DNA of 63,699 bases from Lentisphaeria bacterium (lineage in GTDB: Bacteria; Verrucomicrobiota; Lentisphaeria; Victivallales; Victivallaceae). The stretch is from NCBI GenBank assembly GCA_017508555.1, contig JAFVYP010000141.1:1-63699 (forward strand). Reading direction: 5' to 3'. Numbering within the stretch: the stretch's first letter is position 1; each line of letters opens with the position of its first letter. Below, piece by piece: positions 55,978 through 63,699 of the stretch. Position numbers and translations under genes: made by a program. The notes beneath the pieces are model-generated. The model was not told where the DNA came from. It ran no database searches and saw only the letters and a program-made list of their open reading frames with translations.

Positions 55978-56864
55978 CTTCTGCGGATCTCCATTTCAAA
56001 ATCATAAGGCTTAAAAACGATATCCAGAACGGGCAGCGCCCATTCTCTGAGCTTGAATTCGGCCGACCTGTCCGAAAACACCGATAGTTTCCATGACCGG
56101 TTGACCAGTTCACACAAAGAAAACTTTCCTTCCGGATCCCGCCAGAGTTCCATTTTATGCGGCAGATCATCCCGGTTCCCGCAAATGGCCAAAATCGCCA
56201 CACCGGGCATGGAAAGCTGAAGATCTTCGCAGTTGGCAATGACCACAGCAGTCATATCCGGATGATGAAGCATCCAAAGCGTATCCTCAACAGCCCGCTC
56301 ACGGACAAAATGCTCCAGCTTCATTCCCTTCTCGAAACTGGCCATATCCGAGAGATGAAGCACGGGGACAACGGCATTTTTCAAAGCCAGCGTATCCGCA
56401 TATTCACTTTCGTAATAAGCCGAAGAGGAACCGGAACCTTCAAACACACACCGGAGACGTAAATCCTCTTCCTCCGAAGGAAGAGCCGCATTTTTCAGCT
56501 CCAGCAGCGCCAGACGCGATGTCATGATGCCCGTCCTGTTGGAAAGCATGGGAAGCGTCAATCCCCGTCTGACACGCATCGCCTTCAGATTGGAGGAATC
56601 CCAAACCGTTTTTCCCCGGGGATGAAGCAGCAGATAGGAAAGGATCCGCCGCATGACCTCACGCCTGCCCTCTTCCACAGAAAGGTAGATCATCAGCTTT
56701 TCCAACACCTGCCGGGAAGGCGTTTTCTGCCCTTTGAGGATCTGGGAAAATACGGTCTGATCCATCTCAAGATGCTTTGCGACCGCCATTTTTGTCTTTC
56801 CGCGAACAGCGACCCATTTTGCGATTTCATCGCCCAGCATGATGTTCAAAGGGATCTCTTCCAT
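55974..56864 (-). CDS. Regulator with two XRE-type HTH modules and a possible LexA/CI-like (S24-like) C-terminal domain
   Basis: ATG 56864 follows GAGGAG..AAGGAA. HTH 1: KTKMAVAKHLEMDQTVFSQILKGQKTPS. HTH 2: LTLPMLSNRTGIMTSRLALLELKNAALPS. The C-terminal LSMPG / HKMEL pattern resembles the Ser-Lys dyad by eye only. Confidence 0.6.
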   Translation of the reverse strand: MEEIPLNIMLGDEIAKWVAVRGKTKMAVAKHLEMDQTVFSQILKGQKTPSRQVLEKLMIYLSVEEGRREVMRRILSYLLLHPRGKTVWDSSNLKAMRVRRGLTLPMLSNRTGIMTSRLALLELKNAALPSEEEDLRLRCVFEGSGSSSAYYESEYADTLALKNAVVPVLHLSDMASFEKGMKLEHFVRERAVEDTLWMLHHPDMTAVVIANCEDLQLSMPGVAILAICGNRDDLPHKMELWRDPEGKFSLCELVNRSWKLSVFSDRSAEFKLREWALPVLDIVFKPYDFEMEIRRR

Positions 56865-56954
56865 ACAAATTTCCTTACTCCTCAAAAAGAGCTGCATGGG
56901 AGTTGCGGCTGCACCGTGCCTGCCGGAAATCAAACTGCCAATTTTCCTCTTTGT

Positions 56955-56976
56955 TAAGATAATACGTAAGATAATA
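56955..56976. promoter_or_regulatory. Tandem direct repeat TAAGATAATA x2 (12-bp period) in a divergent promoter region
   Basis: Copies at 56955-56964 and 56967-56976, read directly. Candidate operator or overlapping -10 elements (TATTAT on the minus strand). Confidence 0.35.
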
Positions 56977-57096
56977 TAACACGTTATGAAAATTATTCCA
57001 GTATTCATCAAGCTTTTTTTTGAAATCCTTGAAAAATGAGGTATCTTATATAAGAAGCAATGATTGCAGCAACGCAAAACACAGGGTTATTTCAGC

Positions 57097-58068
57097 ATGA
57101 CAAACAGTAAAAACAGCTATTCCGTCAGTGACTTGGCCAATCTGCTCCAGGTCCCGCGGACAACAGTCAATGACTGGCTCAAAAAATTCGACCGTTATAT
57201 TGATTTTGAAATGCGCGGCAGAAGAAAAGTCTATACAGATGCCTCGCTGGAAGTCCTTCAGCTGATCTCTTCAGCAAGAGACAGGGGAACGCCCCTGACC
57301 GATCTGGAACAGGAACTTTCACAACGCTGCGCCGTGCGTCCGGAAATATCCCCCCTGGCACAGGAGGAAAATGAAAAAACGCCTGCCCCAAAGCCCGTTT
57401 CCGCGCCCCCGCAGCAGGAGGGAAATCTCCCTGCTGTCAATTTTGACTTTTCCGGATTCCTGAAGGAACTGGAAATCAGGGAAAAGCGCAGAAGCCATTC
57501 AGGCAGACGCAGTTTTCTGCTCATCTGCGTTCTGCTGGTCCTGCTTCTGGGTGTCTGCTGCGCAACGCTCCTGCTCCTGGGACAATTACTGACTCTCAAA
57601 GAGTCCTCCAAAGCCCTTGCCATGCGTCTGGAAGCCGCCAAAAATGAGTCCGTCTCCCTGCGCAAACAGACGGAAAAGGAGTTCAAAGTCATCTCCGTTC
57701 AAATGGAAAAAAACCGTCTCTCAGAAACGCAGGCTGCCGATGCTCTCCAGAAGCGTTTGAACAGTCAGCGGCAGCAGTTTGAGAAACTGCTTTCCAAACT
57801 GGAAAAGGCTGAAAAACTCAGAGAAAAAGAGCTGGAAAAACAGGAAAAAGAAAATTTCCGTCTCAAAGCGGAACTGGATTCCGCCGTCAGACTTCTTGCA
57901 AAAAAACAGGATCAGCTGGCAGCGCTCCAAACAAGAGAAAACGCTTTGACAGCTGAAAATACAAAACTGAAAAGCGAGATCGCGCAGCTGAAAAAACAGC
58001 TTTCCGCTCCCGTGAAAACTAAAAAAAAGGCACCTGCCGCTCTCCAGAAAGAGACTCCGAAAAAATGA
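57097..58068 (+). CDS. MerR-like HTH protein with one TM helix and a long coiled-coil tail
   Basis: YSVSDLANLLQVPRTTVNDWLKKF...RRKVYTDASLEVLQLI, TM helix FLLICVLLVLLLGVCCATLLLLG, then about 165 aa of heptad-like K/E/Q/L-rich sequence. Confidence 0.65.
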   Translation: MTNSKNSYSVSDLANLLQVPRTTVNDWLKKFDRYIDFEMRGRRKVYTDASLEVLQLISSARDRGTPLTDLEQELSQRCAVRPEISPLAQEENEKTPAPKPVSAPPQQEGNLPAVNFDFSGFLKELEIREKRRSHSGRRSFLLICVLLVLLLGVCCATLLLLGQLLTLKESSKALAMRLEAAKNESVSLRKQTEKEFKVISVQMEKNRLSETQAADALQKRLNSQRQQFEKLLSKLEKAEKLREKELEKQEKENFRLKAELDSAVRLLAKKQDQLAALQTRENALTAENTKLKSEIAQLKKQLSAPVKTKKKAPAALQKETPKK

Positions 58069-58949
58069 ACGACGACATTCTCTATTGTTTTGATCTTGAA
58101 GATGATTCCGAATCCTTTGATCTTGCGCCGGAACTTCTGGCGGGACTGGAACTGGATTTCAGCAGTTATGAAAACCGCGAAGAGGGAACTTTCATCCATA
58201 CGGTCTATGCCCTGACCAGAGAGGCCGCTGAAGAAAATCTCGCCCGGGTCAGAGAATATCTGCCCCAGTGGCTCGATTTCGGCGCGGAACTTGAGCTTGG
58301 AAAGCTGTACGAACTCAACAAAGCCGACTGGGCCGAAGCATGGAAAAAGTTTTTCAAGCCTCTGGAAATATCCGATACCCTCATCGTGCGGCCCAGCTGG
58401 GAAGAGATCAGCGCCAAACCGGGACAGGCCGTTCTGACCATAGATCCGGGCATGAGCTTCGGCACAGGTCAGCACGCAACGACCCTCTATTGCCTCAAAG
58501 TCATCGACCGTCTTGCCGGAACGCCCGGCGTGACAAGCATGCTGGATGCCGGCAGCGGCTCCGGTATTCTGGCCATCGCCGCCGGCCTGCGCGGATATGA
58601 AAAAATCGATGCCTTTGACTTTGATCCGGATGCCGTGCGGGTCTCCAAAGAAAATATTGCCATGAACGGTTTGACCAACATCCATCCCGAAGTGGGCAAT
58701 GCGGAAAATTATGCCGGAGATCCGGCCAAATACGATCTGGTCTGCGCCAATATCCTCGGCCATCTGCTCAAGGCGTACAGTCAGAATATCGTCACCTGGG
58801 TCAAGCCGGGCAAGTATCTGGCGCTGGCGGGGATCCTCAACGCGGAGTTCGACGGCGTCAGCGATGTCTTTACCGCTCTGGGTTTCAAAGAAATCGAACG
58901 CTTCACCCTGAAAGAGTGGACAAGCGGTCTCTTCCGGAAAGAGGTCTGA
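58065..58949 (+). CDS. prmA: Ribosomal protein L11 methyltransferase
   Basis: DPGMSFGTGQHATT and DAGSGSGILAIAA motifs. Start overlaps the upstream stop (ATGA). Confidence 0.9.
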   Translation: MNDDILYCFDLEDDSESFDLAPELLAGLELDFSSYENREEGTFIHTVYALTREAAEENLARVREYLPQWLDFGAELELGKLYELNKADWAEAWKKFFKPLEISDTLIVRPSWEEISAKPGQAVLTIDPGMSFGTGQHATTLYCLKVIDRLAGTPGVTSMLDAGSGSGILAIAAGLRGYEKIDAFDFDPDAVRVSKENIAMNGLTNIHPEVGNAENYAGDPAKYDLVCANILGHLLKAYSQNIVTWVKPGKYLALAGILNAEFDGVSDVFTALGFKEIERFTLKEWTSGLFRKEV

Positions 58950-59024
58950 TACGCTCTCTGCGCCGGAAAAACAGGAAAAATATAAAAAAATATCATTTTC
59001 TTTGAAAAAAATTGAAAAACGGGC

Positions 59025-59053
59025 TTGATAACTTGCCCTTGCGTGTGTATAAT
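59025..59053 (+). promoter_or_regulatory. Sigma70-like promoter for lptB (TTGATA-N17-TATAAT)
   Basis: Hexamers at 59025-59030 and 59048-59053. Confidence 0.6.
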
Positions 59054-59098
59054 AAGCTGGAAGAAGAAAAAAACATCCCAGCAGAAACAGGAATTTTG

Positions 59099-59836
59099 AT
59101 GAGCGAAGACAAGACGCCGCTGGTGAAAGCGGAACATTTGGTCAAAGTATATAAAGGCCGCAGAGTCGTGAATGACGTCTCCATCACGATCCATCCGGGA
59201 GAGGTGGTGGGACTCCTCGGCCCCAACGGAGCCGGCAAAACCACCAGCTTTTATATGGTCATGGGACTGGTCAGACCGGACAGCGGTCAAGTCAGCTTCA
59301 GAGATGTGGATATTACCCATCTGCCCATGTATAAAAGAGCCCGGATGGGCATGGGATATCTGGCGCAGGAGCCCTCCATTTTCCGGAAACTCACCGTCGA
59401 AGAAAATATCATGGCGATCCTTGAAACGCTGGCGATCAGCAGGACCCAGAGAAAACAGCGCCTGGAAGAGCTGCTGGAAGAGCTGGATCTGGCCCGTCTG
59501 CGCAAACAGAAGGCCATGACGCTTTCCGGCGGAGAACGCCGCCGGCTGGAGATCACCCGCGCTCTGGTCACCAATCCCTCGTTCATCATGCTGGATGAAC
59601 CCTTCAGCGGCGTGGATCCCATTGCTGTACGCGATGTGCAGCAGATCATCATGCAGCTGCGGGACCGCAATCTGGGTATCCTTATCACCGATCACAATGT
59701 GCGGGAAACGCTCTCTGTGGTCAACAGAGCTTATATCATGTGCAACGGCGAGATCCTGGTGGACGGCCCCAGTGATTATCTCATCAACAACGAGGAGGCT
59801 CAAAAGGTCTATCTGGGACCTGCGTTTTCAATATGA
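59099..59836 (+). CDS. lptB: LPS export ABC transporter ATPase LptB
   Basis: GPNGAGKTT, LSGGERRRLEITRAL and MLDEPFSGVDP motifs. ATG 59099 lies downstream of the promoter. Confidence 0.9.
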   Translation: MSEDKTPLVKAEHLVKVYKGRRVVNDVSITIHPGEVVGLLGPNGAGKTTSFYMVMGLVRPDSGQVSFRDVDITHLPMYKRARMGMGYLAQEPSIFRKLTVEENIMAILETLAISRTQRKQRLEELLEELDLARLRKQKAMTLSGGERRRLEITRALVTNPSFIMLDEPFSGVDPIAVRDVQQIIMQLRDRNLGILITDHNVRETLSVVNRAYIMCNGEILVDGPSDYLINNEEAQKVYLGPAFSI

Positions 59837-60054
59837 TACCGGCCATGCCGGAAAATATACAACAAATGGCGGTATGTTCCATACCGTCATCAACAAAAAA
59901 ACGGGATCTTTCCCGGGACAGGCTGAAAGCCGATGGCGCAATGCCGGAAACTTGAGGCCGTTCAGGAAGGGTCTCCGGAGAGGCTTCAGGAAGATCTGTC
60001 CTGAGCGGGACAGCTGCCGGGAGGACTTCTCCGGAAAAACAAATGGAGGTGGAT

Positions 60055-60405
60055 ATGAGCATCACTATTACCGGACGTCAATTTGAGATCACCCCGGCCA
60101 TCAGACAGCATGTCGAAGACAGCTTGAACGTTTTTCTGGCTGATACCACCCTCAAAGTCACCTCGATCAACGTGGTCATGGAACGCGGCAAAAATCAGTT
60201 CACCTGCAGTATCGTTCTCAACTGCAAGTACCACGTGCTTCCGGCAAAAGTCGAAGATTTCGATCTCTACAAGGCTTTTGACGCAGGCGTTGCCAAAATC
60301 GAAGCGCAGGTGACAGCTCTCCGGGCGAAGATCCACGATCACAAGGCGGAAGCGCTTTCCAGCTGCGAAGTCAAAATGGCTGCCCAGGCGGCCGCTGCTG
60401 AATAA
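60055..60405 (+). CDS. hpf: Ribosome hibernation promoting factor (short HPF/RaiA)
   Basis: MSITITGRQFEITPAIRQHVE pattern. GGAGGTGG RBS before ATG 60055. Confidence 0.85.
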   Translation: MSITITGRQFEITPAIRQHVEDSLNVFLADTTLKVTSINVVMERGKNQFTCSIVLNCKYHVLPAKVEDFDLYKAFDAGVAKIEAQVTALRAKIHDHKAEALSSCEVKMAAQAAAAE

Positions 60406-60424
60406 AAAGTCAATCATCAACCCC

Positions 60425-60461
60425 GTCCCCCGTTTGGAAAAACGGGGGACTTGTTATTGTT
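60425..60461 (+). terminator. Rho-independent terminator after hpf
   Basis: GTCCCCCGTTT-GGAA-AAACGGGGGAC (11-bp stem) followed by TTGTTATTGTT. Confidence 0.6.
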
Positions 60462-60473
60462 CAGGGAGAATAC

Positions 60474-60764
60474 ATGAATATTGCTGTCTCGACCCAGTGG
60501 AGTGACAACTCCGGACGTTTCGCCTATTACCGCATTGAAAACGGCCAGATGAAAGAGCGTCAGGAGGCCGTCCCGCCTGACAGCGATCCCCGGTCCCTCG
60601 CCAGACAGCTCTGCGGATTGGAGATCGATCTTCTGATCGCAAGTGAAGTGACTCCTGAACTGGAATCCGCCCTTTCTGACGAGGGCGTCTATCTTGTCAA
60701 AACCCGTCCGGGAAGGGCCGATGCTGTGCTGGCGGCCTATTTGAGCGGCGATCTGGAGTTTTGA
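60474..60764 (+). CDS. Small NifB/NifX-family (dinitrogenase FeMo-cofactor-binding domain-like) protein
   Basis: IAVS...SGRFAYYRIENGQ...LLIASEVTPELESALSDEGVYLV follows the family topology as I remember it. Not verified. Confidence 0.45.
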   Translation: MNIAVSTQWSDNSGRFAYYRIENGQMKERQEAVPPDSDPRSLARQLCGLEIDLLIASEVTPELESALSDEGVYLVKTRPGRADAVLAAYLSGDLEF

Positions 60765-60765
60765 A

Positions 60766-63163
<2,398 letters not shown>

Positions 63164-63165
63164 AC

Positions 63166-63633
63166 ATGCCCACTGAAGTCTCTCTCATGTTCGGCGGCAA
63201 TATCGGCGATACCGCCTCTTTATTTGAAACAGCCTGCGGCAAACTGGAAAGGGCGGGATTTCTTCTGCTCAAAAAAAGTTCAGTCTTTATCACGCCGCCG
63301 GTGGATTGTGTTCCCGGAACACCTGATTTTCTCAATCAGGCGGTTCTGGGCTGCTGGCAGGGTTCTCCCCGGGAGCTGCTCCTGCTGACGCAGCGCCTCG
63401 AACGGGAATCCGGCCGTCCCCGGGAACACTCCAGCGCCGAAGCAAGAACTTTGGATATCGATATCATCACCTTCGGTGAGCTTGTTCTTGAAGAGCCCGA
63501 CCTGATCCTGCCCCATCCCCGGGCGCAGCAGCGCCTCTTCGTGCTGGAACCCCTGGGGGAGATCGCTCCGGAACTGCGTTTCCCCGACAGCGGCAAAAGC
63601 GTCTCGCAGCTGTTGGCAGCTCTCAAAAAGTGA
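63166..63633 (+). CDS. folK: 2-amino-4-hydroxy-6-hydroxymethyldihydropteridine diphosphokinase
   Basis: FGGNIGDT, RTLDIDII and LPHPR blocks. ATG 63166 is preferred over GTG 63157. Confidence 0.85.
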   Translation: MPTEVSLMFGGNIGDTASLFETACGKLERAGFLLLKKSSVFITPPVDCVPGTPDFLNQAVLGCWQGSPRELLLLTQRLERESGRPREHSSAEARTLDIDIITFGELVLEEPDLILPHPRAQQRLFVLEPLGEIAPELRFPDSGKSVSQLLAALKK

Positions 63634-63655
63634 CCGTGTTCTCCACTTGAAAAAC

Positions 63656-63699
63656 AACGCGCTGTTCCCGACAAGGGTAGATGGCATCGGGGGAAGAGG
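63656..63699 (+). repeat. MITE/REP-like repeat, left end only (cut by window edge)
   Basis: AACGCGCTGTTCCCGACAAGGGTAGATGGCATCGGGGG matches the left terminus of the copies at 21720 and 48065. Confidence 0.8.

Overview
This is a dense, fairly GC-rich bacterial chromosomal segment of 63.7 kb with about 60 protein genes. I recognised no rRNA, tRNA, CRISPR array, transposase, integrase or phage gene. All calls come from reading the sequence and the ORF translations; no database or HMM search was run.

Most content is housekeeping:
- tRNA modification and translation: thiI, miaB, mnmG, proS, metG, prfB, prmA, hpf.
- Envelope: murC, an MsbA-like exporter, a DegT aminotransferase, mreB, plsY, uppP, lptB.
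- Amino-acid metabolism: proB, proC, hom, aspartate kinase, serC.
- Central carbon: eda, kdgK, pfk, eno, glycerate kinase.
- Others: recQ, nifU, folK.

An orphan DUF1559/H-X9-DG-type pseudopilin suggests a PVC-group organism (Lentisphaerota, Planctomycetota or Verrucomicrobiota); this is inference only.

The clearest non-genic signal is a MITE/REP-like palindromic repeat of about 150-175 bp. At least ten full, decayed or solo-end copies are present. One copy supplies the 3' end and stop codon of a DNA methyltransferase ORF. The asymmetric core of the element occurs in both orientations relative to its termini.

Loci worth a second look:
- A translationally coupled NUDIX-PHP-N6-adenine methyltransferase string.
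- A double-HTH (possibly LexA/CI-like) regulator coupled to a triple-Cys membrane microprotein and uppP, divergent from a membrane-anchored MerR-like coiled-coil protein coupled to prmA.
- hydF embedded in an amino-acid/peptide uptake operon.
- Two tandem secreted paralogs coupled to glycerate kinase and an esterase.
- An ABC exporter with a periplasmic insert of about 95 aa.
- A lipoprotein with an intact class-I amidotransferase triad.

None of these is a compelling new system from sequence reading alone. Many long ORFs in the track (up to 1071 aa) are antisense shadows of clearly homologous genes and were rejected.
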